Positions 19,272 to 29,459 of a DNA stretch of 53,278 bases are shown here, piece by piece. Every line of letters starts with the position of its first letter. Position 1 is the stretch's first letter. Under the pieces are notes generated by a model. It saw only the letters and a list, made by a program, of their open reading frames with translations. It did no database searches and was not told the DNA's origin. A program made the translations under genes and the position numbers. The stretch is from Nanobdellota archaeon (GTDB lineage Archaea > Nanobdellota > Nanobdellia > Pacearchaeales > GW2011-AR1), in the NCBI GenBank assembly GCA_038043805.1, contig JBBTBG010000004.1:1-53278 (forward strand), read 5' to 3'.

Positions 19272-19952
19272 ATGCCGCTCACAAGAATTGGACCTGGTTC
19301 CTGGAAGGACTGTCTGGAGCAAATCGTAAGAAACAATAGAAAAGTCGTTAGTTCTAGAGAGATAACCCAAGAGTTATTGAATCAAGGAGTAGGGAAAAAC
19401 ATTTATGATAAACCCATTTGGTTAGCAGAATGTACTTATGCTGTAGGTAACCAGATTTTTTTGGCGAGAGATAAGTTGAATGTTTTTTATGATCCTAAGA
19501 TCAAAGATTTGCTTCAAAAGAGCCATATTGTTTTAAATTCATTGGATCATAATTCAGTAAAAATCAACAATCTTTATTTTGGAAAAGTTATAGAAAATAT
19601 TGCAGGACAGGATATGAAAAAACCTATTGAAGAAAGAAGAGTATTACATGCATTCAATATAGATTTATCTAGTCCCACCACATACACGTTATCAACAGAT
19701 TCGTTTGCAGATGATCCGATAATGGTCTGGTATGCTGGAGGTTCGAAAGTAGCTAAAAGGTTAGGATTATATTTAAAGACTGAAGTTCCTGACAAATTTA
19801 GAACTGACTCGTTCCGTGTGGAATTACCTCCTGCGATAGTTTGTGTTTTAAATAATTTTATGGGTATAAGTTGGATAGATCTTGGCACTCGAACAATTGA
19901 CTGTGAGGGAAGAAAAGAAGGATATACTTTAATGAATCTTAAAAAGGGTTGA
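19272..19952 (+). CDS. Hypothetical protein
   Basis: 226-aa ORF with a consensus TATA box upstream. Confidence 0.55.
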   Translation: MPLTRIGPGSWKDCLEQIVRNNRKVVSSREITQELLNQGVGKNIYDKPIWLAECTYAVGNQIFLARDKLNVFYDPKIKDLLQKSHIVLNSLDHNSVKINNLYFGKVIENIAGQDMKKPIEERRVLHAFNIDLSSPTTYTLSTDSFADDPIMVWYAGGSKVAKRLGLYLKTEVPDKFRTDSFRVELPPAIVCVLNNFMGISWIDLGTRTIDCEGRKEGYTLMNLKKG

Positions 19953-20000
19953 TTTTCTATAGATATACATAATGCCCACTAAAATCGCAAGATATGTATA

Positions 20001-20073
20001 TGCCCCGTCCGGGATTCGCACCCGGGTTTTGGCCGCGAAAGGGCCACGTACTTGACTGCTATACTAACAGGGC
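20001..20073 (-). tRNA. tRNA-Glu (UUC)
   Basis: Hand-folded cloverleaf. Acceptor GCCCTGT/ACGGGGC, D stem GTAT/GTAC, anticodon stem TGGCC/GGCCA with loop CTTTCGC, T arm CCGGG-TGCGAAT-CCCGG, discriminator A. No encoded CCA. Confidence 0.88.
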
Positions 20074-20190
20074 TCGAGGTCAAAAACCTCAAGAGACTTT
20101 TAAATGTTGCTGTCGGTGGTAATTGTTATGCAACTGTGTAGTGAAAATAACTAATCGCAAGGAATAAAAAGGGCCAAATCGTATAGACGT

Positions 20191-21135
20191 ATGCAAGTCA
20201 ATGATCTTATTTTCAAAGAATTGATTAAAAGAGGATATTCTCTAGAAGGAAAAACACGAGTATGGAACATTGCAGATTCTAAATTATGGTATCTTTCTGC
20301 AGAACAGGCGCAGGCATATCTTGACCTTGAAAAACATAAAGAATACAGCAAATACATGTTTGAAACAGAGATTGAGATGCTCAAGAAATACATGCCGGAA
20401 ATTGCCGATCGTGTTCTTAATGGGAGTACAATTAATATTATTGATATTGGTTGTGGAGATGGTAAAAAAGCAGTTCCTATCATTGAAGAGCTGTATAAAC
20501 GTGTTAAATTGAGATATTGTCCTGTAGACATTAGTAGTTATATGGTTACTAAGGCAATTGACAAGATTACTCGCCTCAACAAAGGAGAAGTGGTTCAATT
20601 TCAGTGGAATATTTCAGACTTCGACAACCTTGAGAATGTTGCATCTCTGCTTCGTAATGGGCAATTTAGGCAGAACTTTCTTGTCTTCTTAGGAAGTACA
20701 TTGAGTAATTTTGAAATGCATGAAGTGCTCTACGAGATTATGGAAGCGATGGAAAGCAGCGAGGATTATTTAATGATGGGTGTTGCTTTAACCAATGCCA
20801 AGCCTGAAGATATTGTTAGATCTTATAAGCAAAGTTTGACAGACAATTTTCTTTTGAAAGTCCTCACACAAATAGGATTTAAGAGAGAAGATGTTGAGTT
20901 CGGAGTACGATACAAAAACTCAAGAGTAGAAATATATTATACACTGTTGAGGGATACAAGGCTCGCTTTTGGAGATCGCTCTGTTGCCTTCACAAAAGGA
21001 GATCAGATTCTTGTCGCAGTTTCCTATCGCTATAATGAATCAGAATTGAAAAAATCAATAAGATTATACTTTAAAAATACAAAGTTTTATCTAAACGACG
21101 ACAAAACATGGTGCTTAATCCTCTGTAAAAAATAG
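20191..21135 (+). CDS. SAM-dependent methyltransferase, EgtD-like (Methyltransf_33 type)
   Basis: IIDIGCGDGKKAVPIIEEL followed by YCPVDISSYMV, as in histidine-specific methyltransferase-type domains. Confidence 0.65.
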   Translation: MQVNDLIFKELIKRGYSLEGKTRVWNIADSKLWYLSAEQAQAYLDLEKHKEYSKYMFETEIEMLKKYMPEIADRVLNGSTINIIDIGCGDGKKAVPIIEELYKRVKLRYCPVDISSYMVTKAIDKITRLNKGEVVQFQWNISDFDNLENVASLLRNGQFRQNFLVFLGSTLSNFEMHEVLYEIMEAMESSEDYLMMGVALTNAKPEDIVRSYKQSLTDNFLLKVLTQIGFKREDVEFGVRYKNSRVEIYYTLLRDTRLAFGDRSVAFTKGDQILVAVSYRYNESELKKSIRLYFKNTKFYLNDDKTWCLILCKK

Positions 21136-22131
21136 TCATTTCTCTCTACTGAGATAGTCATAAATGGTTCTTGAAACAGCACTCATAACACGGTCGGATT
21201 CTTCTTGCGTGCTGTTTTTACTCATCATGCACAAAAGGTAGTTCTTTTTAGGAAGATAAATAATGCCGCAGTCATGGAAGATTTTTTCTTCCCTGTTGAT
21301 ACCTACTTTATGTGCTACTTTAACGTCTGGAGGCAGGCCTGCAGGAATTTGGGAGGTAAATTCAGTATGAAGAAGCAAAGAAAGTGCAAATTCTGAGAAG
21401 GGTCGACGGAGGTAGCTCGAGATATAGAGGGAGCGGAAGAGGTTAATATATTCTTTAGGGGTTACAGTTGTAATGTCATTCTCAGGAGGAGGCAGACCAA
21501 GGGAAGCCATGGTTTCTAGATAGTCTTCATAGGAGGTATATCTGCTTGCAAGGGCACGGGACAGCCGTATTATCCGATTGTTCAATCATGACTTTAAGTA
21601 GGTCTTTAAGTTGCATTTGATGTCCTGAACCTTTTTTATACAATGTTCCTGAAGATGGATCAAGATCTTCTTCTCGAAGAGTTATTGTTTCATCAAGAGA
21701 AAGATCTCCTCTTTCCACTTTCTTAAGGATCGTCATTGCTAAGGGAACTTTGAAAAGGCTTTGAGGAATAAATTTTTCTCTTTCATTATATCCTACCCAC
21801 GCACCTGATTGAAGGTCTTCATAATATAATCCATAGAAACCACTAACGTTCTTGGTAAGGAGAGGAACAAGCATCGATTTTAAGTCAGCATATGAAAGGT
21901 CATACGATTTCTGTCTTTCTACAAACTCTTGAGCATTGAGCAATGCGATATCTGGGAAATGAGTTTAAAATCTCCTTTATCTGGAGAAGAAGTCTTGGAA
22001 AACACATACAAGGTAGTAGCAATAAAAAAAAGATTAAGGATCAAAAGAATAGAAATGATCAGAAGCGCCCTTTCCTTAAACACCCTAATAATACGTAGTT
22101 CAGAAACAACAGGAAAAGAAGGAGTATCCAC
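21136..22131 (-). pseudogene. Class A beta-lactamase-like serine hydrolase split by frameshift(s)
   Basis: SxxK (SLFK) and SDN (EQSDNTA) motifs lie in ORF 21527-21943. The frame breaks right after SDNTA, and the remainder (LSRALASRY...KVAHKVGI, a KTG-like motif) continues in ORF 21136-21585. A TM-anchor ORF (21919-22131) overlaps the 5' part in a third frame. Confidence 0.6.
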
Positions 22132-22133
22132 GG

Positions 22134-22481
22134 TTATTTATCTTCTAAAAATCGAGTCTCCATTGTAGAAAGCTTCTCTAGTAATTGCTCAAGTTTGAAT
22201 TCCAAATCATCTATTTTTACTTTGAGTGACTGTATTTCTGTATTTTCTGATAAAGTTAGAGAAGATATACTTGGTGATGAGGTGCTTGAATCGAGAAAAC
22301 CTAAAAGATCTGGAGCATGGGTTGAAGAGGTCGGCGAAGAAGATGAAGTTACATCGATAAAGTTTGCAGAAGGATTTGCAGTTAAAGGTCGATTAGTGGT
22401 AGTTTCTTTCTTCAAGATACCTCTTTTTTGAAGGAGAGTAAAGTCCACAATATCATTGCTCTCTTTTCTAAACAAACCCAT
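22134..22481 (-). CDS. Hypothetical Ser/Thr-rich protein with a C-terminal coiled coil
   Basis: 115-aa ORF. Confidence 0.45.
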   Translation of the reverse strand: MGLFRKESNDIVDFTLLQKRGILKKETTTNRPLTANPSANFIDVTSSSSPTSSTHAPDLLGFLDSSTSSPSISSLTLSENTEIQSLKVKIDDLEFKLEQLLEKLSTMETRFLEDK

Positions 22482-22591
22482 ATTCTACTTACTACGGTCT
22501 GTTATTTAAAGGTATCACTGAATAAAGAATGAGAGTCTGGTATTAAACCATGCTATAAAAAGAAAAGAGGCAGTTTTTAATAAGGAGCATC

Positions 22592-23011
22592 TTAATCATG
22601 AGCTGCTTTATTCTTAAGAATGAGACATGCAGAGTTAATGCAGTAACGTTTCTTAGTTTTCGAGGGTCCATCATCAAAGACATGTCCAAGATGGCTTCCA
22701 CAGTTTTTACAAGTCACTTCTATGCGTTGCATTCCTGAAGAATTGTCCTCATTGAGCTTAACCGCTTTCGAGCTAGAAACATCTGAAAAGCTAGGCCAGC
22801 CAGTTCCAGAATCAAATTTTGTATCTGAAGAAAAAAGTCCAATTCCACAGGCAGCGCAATGATATATTCCTTTTTCTTTTGTATTCCAGTATTTTCCAGT
22901 AAATGCTCTTTCTGTGCCTTTTTCTCTCAAGACATGATACTGCTCAGGCGAAAGCTTATTTTTGTATTTTTCTTCTATCAGTTTTATATTTTCTTTCCGA
23001 GACATGTTCAC
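22592..23011 (-). CDS. msrB: Peptide methionine (R)-S-oxide reductase
   Basis: CxxC pairs (CAACG, CKNCG), GWPSF and the HLGHVFDDGP block. Confidence 0.92.
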   Translation of the reverse strand: MNMSRKENIKLIEEKYKNKLSPEQYHVLREKGTERAFTGKYWNTKEKGIYHCAACGIGLFSSDTKFDSGTGWPSFSDVSSSKAVKLNEDNSSGMQRIEVTCKNCGSHLGHVFDDGPSKTKKRYCINSACLILKNKAAHD

Positions 23012-23055
23012 AATAACGTAATAATATTTAAGAACCTTTGTTTATCTAGCGTAAT

Positions 23056-23505
23056 ATGAAATGGACGAAACGGCAGGTTATTAACAAAGGGCTTCTTTTA
23101 TTTTCACTCACTTGTTTTTCACCACTTGCATCTCAACTTGTTTTAGGAATAGTAAATACCTATACTCAGAGATGCGGACAAAAAATAGAAGGACCTTTAG
23201 AAATGAAAGTAATGTTTGAAAGAGAACGCGCGAAGCAAAATATATCTCCTGATAAAAAAATAGGATTTATTTGGGACATCCAGACTCCTGGAAAGTCAGG
23301 GACAATGAGAGTAGCACACAATAATTATATCGTTCTTTTCAGAAAAGGAAGTAATAACTCTGCAGTTGTAGAGCATGAGTTCTATCATATCTCTGACGGA
23401 CATTGTGATAAAAGATCGTATGGAAGTTTTTTAAATAACTTAAGATACTGGCTTGTCAATGAGCCTCAAGCTACACTCTACACAGCAACGGGAATACGCC
23501 TATAG
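23056..23505 (+). CDS. Small membrane-anchored putative zinc metallopeptidase (HExxH)
   Basis: N-terminal hydrophobic segment and HEFYHISDGH motif. Confidence 0.5.
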   Translation: MKWTKRQVINKGLLLFSLTCFSPLASQLVLGIVNTYTQRCGQKIEGPLEMKVMFERERAKQNISPDKKIGFIWDIQTPGKSGTMRVAHNNYIVLFRKGSNNSAVVEHEFYHISDGHCDKRSYGSFLNNLRYWLVNEPQATLYTATGIRL

Positions 23506-23506
23506 A

Positions 23507-23806
23507 CTACTTCATCACATCTATAAAAGTCTTACAGAATTTTTCTTTAGCTACGAGTAACACTTTTTTTCCTAACGGGGTAAGATGGTAGACAATATTC
23601 CGACCTTCTTTTTTTTCTTGGATTAGACCCTCTTCTTTTAGAGATTTGAGCGCAGGGTAGATCGTACCCGGGCTTGGACGGTCACCTTTACGTTTTTCCA
23701 GTTCATCTGCCAACTCTTGCCCATGCATGGTTTTTTTGGAAAGCATGAACAAGATAAGGAATGAAAGCATACCTCTCATATCACAACAATATTCCTTTTC
23801 GTTCAT
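23507..23806 (-). CDS. PadR family transcriptional regulator
   Basis: 99-aa protein with MHGQELADELEKRKGDRPSPGTIYPALKSLKEEGLI, typical of PadR wHTH. Confidence 0.85.
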   Translation of the reverse strand: MNEKEYCCDMRGMLSFLILFMLSKKTMHGQELADELEKRKGDRPSPGTIYPALKSLKEEGLIQEKKEGRNIVYHLTPLGKKVLLVAKEKFCKTFIDVMK

Positions 23807-23818
23807 ACATTTATTGGG

Positions 23819-23871
23819 TGACCGATATATTTAAATATAACTACCTTCCTATATATCGCATGACCGATATA
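23819..23871. promoter_or_regulatory. Repeated TGACCGATATA motif (x2) plus an inverted ATATATCG in the PadR divergent intergenic region
   Basis: TGACCGATATA at 23819-23829 and 23861-23871. ATATATCG (23851-23858) is the reverse complement of CGATATAT (23823-23830). Confidence 0.45.
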
Positions 23872-23979
23872 GTCATCTTCGTACGAAAACAAGAAGTGAA
23901 ACTTCAAGAATACTCTTATATTCACCAATTCTTGACAGTTGTCAAAAATTGGAAATCTTTGAAAGGAGGTGATGATACG

Positions 23980-24147
23980 ATGAATAGTTGTGACTACGGA
24001 TCTTGCTCTTCAGTCTGCCTCTCTGCAGATTCTCGCAGGTTTTTCACACGCGAGGAAAAACTAGAGATGTTAAAGGAATACAAGGAAGCTTTGGAGAAAG
24101 AGACTCAAGGCGTAAAAGAACGGATTACAGAACTCGAGAAGAAGTAA
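23980..24147 (+). CDS. Small Cys-containing coiled-coil protein (DUF5320-like), divergent partner of PadR
   Basis: GGAGGTGA lies 8 nt upstream of the ATG at 23980. MNSCDYGSCSS... is followed by EEKLEMLKEYKEALEKE coiled coil. Confidence 0.5.
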   Translation: MNSCDYGSCSSVCLSADSRRFFTREEKLEMLKEYKEALEKETQGVKERITELEKK

Positions 24148-24164
24148 ACCTCCATTTTCTTTTT

Positions 24165-24271
24165 TTATGTCGGGAACCGACGAAAACCACGTCATTCATG
24201 GCGTGGTGGTTCCCGAGCATCTCCAAAAACGAGCGCCTATTCAAACCACGGCTTTTAGCGCATCGTTTTTA
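24165..24271 (-). mobile_element. Family A structured insertion element, copy 2 (107 nt, intergenic, first hairpin largely deleted)
   Basis: The reverse complement reads AATCA|TAAAAACGATGCGC-TAAAAGCCGTGG-TTTGAATAGGCGCTCGTTTTTGGAGATGCTC-GGGAACC...GGTTCCC-GACATAA. Confidence 0.7.
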
Positions 24272-24347
24272 TGATTTATTTTTTTCTTTGTCTGAAAATA
24301 AGAGTTATGCGTTCTTCTGTTATTTTTTCAAGATAATGAAAAGGTTT

Positions 24348-24671
24348 TTATGCTACTTCAGACTCCAGATTTTTTGTTAAATCTCTTAATTCTTCAGGCG
24401 TTGCCGGTCTAAGTTCTGCTAATACAGGAATGTTAAGTGTGCGCGCCAGTTCTTGTTGCATTCTTCTCATCTCAAACACTGTTTCTTTATATCTTTCAAA
24501 AGAACCTTCAGGCACAGTAAATTTGGTATGTCTAAAGCTCTTACTGGGATCATATCCTTTTTCAAATCTCATTACTAAAAATCCATTTAGACAAATACCT
24601 TCTGCTCTCTTTAGGTGATAAATCATAGGGCTTCCTACAATTTCTGGAAAGTAATAGAGATCTTCTTCCAT
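24348..24671 (-). CDS. Hypothetical protein
   Basis: 107-aa ORF. Confidence 0.45.
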   Translation of the reverse strand: MEEDLYYFPEIVGSPMIYHLKRAEGICLNGFLVMRFEKGYDPSKSFRHTKFTVPEGSFERYKETVFEMRRMQQELARTLNIPVLAELRPATPEELRDLTKNLESEVA

Positions 24672-24752
24672 AAACGAAAAGGAAGAGGGTTTCTTTATAA
24701 ATCTTACTTTTCGTTAGGAAATATTAACGGGATAACACATTTTCTTTAGAAA

Positions 24753-24825
24753 TGGGGCCACTGGGATTCGCACCCAGGCCGCCAACACCCCATGCTGGAA
24801 TCCTACTAGGCTGGACCATGGCCCC
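24753..24825 (-). tRNA. tRNA-Pro (GGG)
   Basis: Acceptor GGGGCCA/TGGCCCC, anticodon stem CCAGC/GTTGG with loop ATGGGGT (G37), T arm CTGGG-TGCGAAT-CCCAG, discriminator A. Confidence 0.85.
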
Positions 24826-24867
24826 ATTAGCAAGGATGATGAAATGAGTCTTATAAAGATATGGAGA

Positions 24868-25752
24868 TTATCTTCTTGATGCATCTCCGAGACGCTCGAT
24901 AAGAGAACGCTTGGCTACTTTATAGTGATGATCTAAGGGCCAATAGTGTAGTGTGTTTTTATGATCTTCATCGCCAAAATAGATTGTACCAGTACCTAGT
25001 ATTTCTGGCTTTCCTGTGCTCGGATTACCTTTAAGAAAGACTGGAAGATCAAGGCGATCAGGATGCACTTTTGCAGGATAGACCATGATTTGATTTTTTG
25101 TGCTATCAAATTCATCATATGAGACGAGCTGGAGATTGTGCTCATAAAGATCAAGCGTTTGGGCTTTTCGTTGTGGCAAACCATGTTTTGACCACGTCTT
25201 CTCTACAAGATTTCTATAGAATTTTGTCGGGTGGATAGGACAGAGGATACCAATTTCTCCAGAATCAAGATTAAAAGCAGTAGAATCATAATACCTAGGT
25301 CTACTTCCGAGAGTGAAAGGAGTCCAGAAGAGGAATTCTTCTGTAAGATTAAGAACCGCTCCACGGATGTGTGTGCCTAAATACTGACCTAAATGAAAGT
25401 TTGTTCCTTGATGCAAGTCATCGAGGATTTTTTGAAAATTGTAAAAGGGAGCTTCATGTGAAAGAGGTTTGATAGAGAAGAAACAATCGATCTGGAGACC
25501 ATCAAACGTTGCTTTTTTAATAAAGAAAGGAACATTGCCGTGCGGCCAGACTCGAAAGGAACGCGGCCTTTCACCTTTTTGATTAGTTGAAGCATCCCAA
25601 GTGTAACAATTATATGTAATGGTTGTAAGATTTTGCTCGAACTCTTCTTGCGTATACAGACGCCTACCCTCAAAACCAAGTTGCCACCAGAGGACAAAAC
25701 GCTTGTCAATAATTTTTCTATGATGCAGTTCATCAAGAAGCGCGCGATCCAT
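24868..25752 (-). CDS. Hypothetical protein
   Basis: 294-aa ORF with no recognisable motifs. Confidence 0.55.
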   Translation of the reverse strand: MDRALLDELHHRKIIDKRFVLWWQLGFEGRRLYTQEEFEQNLTTITYNCYTWDASTNQKGERPRSFRVWPHGNVPFFIKKATFDGLQIDCFFSIKPLSHEAPFYNFQKILDDLHQGTNFHLGQYLGTHIRGAVLNLTEEFLFWTPFTLGSRPRYYDSTAFNLDSGEIGILCPIHPTKFYRNLVEKTWSKHGLPQRKAQTLDLYEHNLQLVSYDEFDSTKNQIMVYPAKVHPDRLDLPVFLKGNPSTGKPEILGTGTIYFGDEDHKNTLHYWPLDHHYKVAKRSLIERLGDASRR

Positions 25753-25778
25753 GTTGAGGCAGAGAGCTGCAAGCTTAA

Positions 25779-27541
<1,763 letters not shown>

Positions 27542-27542
27542 A

Positions 27543-28109
27543 TTAATGTGTTTTGAGGTAATTAAGAAGATCGGGACTTAACAGTGGTTTTCCTTTAACG
27601 AGTACATACCTATAAGGGAGAATAGTTGATTCTATTTTATTAATCTTTATTTCAATTTCATCTTTGAAAGAGATTTTTTCGAAAGGAGTTCCTTCAATAA
27701 TCTTCTTTACAGTATAGACTGCATTGTCTGTGCTCATTTGCATATTACCAATATTGAATGCAGGCATCTGCTTGAGAAACTGAGTAAGCTCTTCTCTTGT
27801 TCTTTTTTGAGGAGGATTGTCTCCAAGAATACCTCCTAGGACAAAATATTGGAATTGAGATGAGTTTTGAGGTGTTAATAATTGAGGGGCTTCGGGATCG
27901 AGAATACAGGGATTTTTTAGTTTAATCTTTTTTACTGATTCAGATAATACTCTTCCATAAGCCGAAAGCATCTCTTGATCTTTATTCTTAGAAACATTAG
28001 TAAACCACAAGTTATTTTTCCCTACTATTTTAGAAATATACCTATATTCAATAAAAGTCCACTCTCCTATTTCAGGTTCTAAGTGTTCAATGATAAAAGT
28101 CTTCTTCAT
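27543..28109 (-). CDS. SPOUT-fold SAM-dependent methyltransferase of the DUF431/Sfm1 type
   Basis: N-terminal FIIEHLEPEIGEWTFIEY and YFVLGGILGDNPPQKRT parallel the remembered yeast Sfm1 blocks (IIEHME..., FVFGGILGDHPPRDRT). Confidence 0.7.
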   Translation of the reverse strand: MKKTFIIEHLEPEIGEWTFIEYRYISKIVGKNNLWFTNVSKNKDQEMLSAYGRVLSESVKKIKLKNPCILDPEAPQLLTPQNSSQFQYFVLGGILGDNPPQKRTREELTQFLKQMPAFNIGNMQMSTDNAVYTVKKIIEGTPFEKISFKDEIEIKINKIESTILPYRYVLVKGKPLLSPDLLNYLKTH

Positions 28110-28161
28110 CTATTAAAAATGAAGAGAAGGTTAATAAAGCATATGCTCATTTTTTGTACAG

Positions 28162-28243
28162 GCCCAGATCGCATAATGGCATTGCGCCGCACTCGAAATG
28201 CGGTTTCCGCAAGGATTTCGAGGTTCGATTCCTCGTCTGGGCG
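28162..28243 (+). tRNA. tRNA-Ser (CGA), class II with a long variable arm
   Basis: Acceptor GCCCAGA/TCTGGGC, 3-bp D stem GCA/TGC with GG in the loop, anticodon stem CCGCA/TGCGG with loop CTCGAAA, 15-nt variable arm, T arm CGAGG-TTCGATT-CCTCG, discriminator G. Confidence 0.88.
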
Positions 28244-28323
28244 CTCGGAATCGAAGCGCTCACAGAGCAAAGCTCCGTGGCGACTTTTGCGAAGTATTCG
28301 CTCAAGTATTCCTCTTCTAGACG
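28244..28323 (+). repeat. Family B tRNA-linked module: 64-nt conserved two-hairpin insert (28244-28307) plus a degenerate repeat of the tRNA-Ser 3' end (28308-28323)
   Basis: About 52 of 65 hand-aligned columns are identical to the sequence following tRNA-Val (53085-53148, minus strand). ATTCCTCTTCTAGACG matches tRNA positions 58-73 (ATTCCTCGTCTGGGCG) at 13/16. The repeat period is exactly 80 nt. Confidence 0.75.
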
Positions 28324-28347
28324 TAGAAAAATATATCAAAAAAAAGA

Positions 28348-28683
28348 TTAATCTCCTCCTCCGCCTCCACCATCTCCACCACATCCACCTCCGCTATCTC
28401 CCCAATCGCTTCCACCACCAAAGTATGTAAAGAACGAGGATGAATCGCAGCTTCCCGAATATCTTGAAGACCTTCTGTTTAGTTTGGCAAGTTTGTAGAT
28501 ACAGGTTCCTACAACTAGAGCACATAGTCCCATTGTTGCGCCTAGGCATATTTTTTCACCGAGTGTCAATCCATCAGCTTGTTCTGCCTTTGCCTCAAGG
28601 TTACTCTGCGCATACACAGGGAGCGTAAGTACTGCAGTTATACCTACTTGACAAGATCTACTAATAAATTCTTGGAGTTTCAT
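28348..28683 (-). CDS. Bitopic membrane protein with a Gly/Cys-rich tail ending in GGGGGGD (paralog B)
   Basis: I take the start at MKLQEFISR (28683), 1 nt after the stop of paralog A. It shares LPxYxQSNL, GLT(L/I)GE, a TM segment and a C-terminal CGG.DGGGGGGD with the upstream gene. Confidence 0.6.
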   Translation of the reverse strand: MKLQEFISRSCQVGITAVLTLPVYAQSNLEAKAEQADGLTLGEKICLGATMGLCALVVGTCIYKLAKLNRRSSRYSGSCDSSSFFTYFGGGSDWGDSGGGCGGDGGGGGGD

Positions 28684-28684
28684 T

Positions 28685-29356
28685 TTAGTCTCCTCCACCT
28701 CCACCGCCATCACATCCACCTCCACAGTCGCTACTTCCACTACTACCACAGTCATATCCTCCAGAGTCATGGGAAGAGTGAGAATCAATATGGGAATGAG
28801 AACTCCCAAAATGCTGATGCGAGTGATCTTGATGTGTATGAGGACGTTTGGGCTCTTCAGCTTCAAGCAAGGGATGATGTTGAGGAACAGGATGTTGATA
28901 GTTTTGTGAGCGTTCAAGCTCCTCTTGATGCAGATTTCTTTGAAGGAAAGAATTATTGAGAGCAGGGTCTACGAGATCTGCTACGAGATCTGTTAAAGAA
29001 GATCCTGCATCTACGAAGGGAGTCTCATCTCCTTTGTCTTTTCTTCTTGATGCATAGGTTCCAGAAGAGTATTGTGATGGGGTGCGGGAAGATAATGCTC
29101 GCGAATCTCTATGAGATTGGTCTTTTTTAGCCTGATGTTTTTTATAGAAGTGTCTAATTCCAGTATATACAAGTGCACTCAGTCCCGCAAGGAGTGTACC
29201 TCCTGCAAGGAGTTCTCCGATTGTCAACCCATGTATGGGCGGTGCATCAAGATTGAGATTGCTCTGCGGATACATGGGGAGCATAAGGGAGCTTGTAATC
29301 GCTGTCTGATAAGTTCTCTGGAGTGTTGTTCCGTTAAGTTTTTTTTGTAGCGTCAT
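28685..29356 (-). CDS. Bitopic membrane protein with a His/Ser/Cys/Gly-rich tail ending in GGGGGGD (paralog A)
   Basis: 223-aa ORF: signal-like N-terminus, one TM segment (LLAGGTLLAGLSALVYTGI), His-rich stretch HTHQDHSHQHFGSSHSHIDSHSSHDS, then CGSSGSSDCGGGCDGGGGGGD. Confidence 0.65.
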   Translation of the reverse strand: MTLQKKLNGTTLQRTYQTAITSSLMLPMYPQSNLNLDAPPIHGLTIGELLAGGTLLAGLSALVYTGIRHFYKKHQAKKDQSHRDSRALSSRTPSQYSSGTYASRRKDKGDETPFVDAGSSLTDLVADLVDPALNNSFLQRNLHQEELERSQNYQHPVPQHHPLLEAEEPKRPHTHQDHSHQHFGSSHSHIDSHSSHDSGGYDCGSSGSSDCGGGCDGGGGGGD

Positions 29357-29459
29357 GGTGTTTTCCTACACTTGAGAAGATATCGGAATATTAGAAGCTT
29401 TTTATCTAAATTAGCGTAAAAACCGTAATATTTAAATATATAATAAGGTATTAACGATA

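Noticed and set aside
28083-28430. ORFs 28083-28430 (+), 28106-28384 (-) and 28154-28351 (+).
   Set aside because: They run across tRNA-Ser and the family B module. Their open frames are explained by the GC-richer RNA gene and the repeat, not by coding potential.
28348-28440. A CCTCC/CCACC-rich tract resembling a microsatellite next to the family B module.
   Set aside because: It is the reverse complement of the Gly/Cys-rich C-terminal coding region (…GGGCGGDGGGGGGD) of gene 28348-28683, and it is mirrored in the paralog at 28685-28760.
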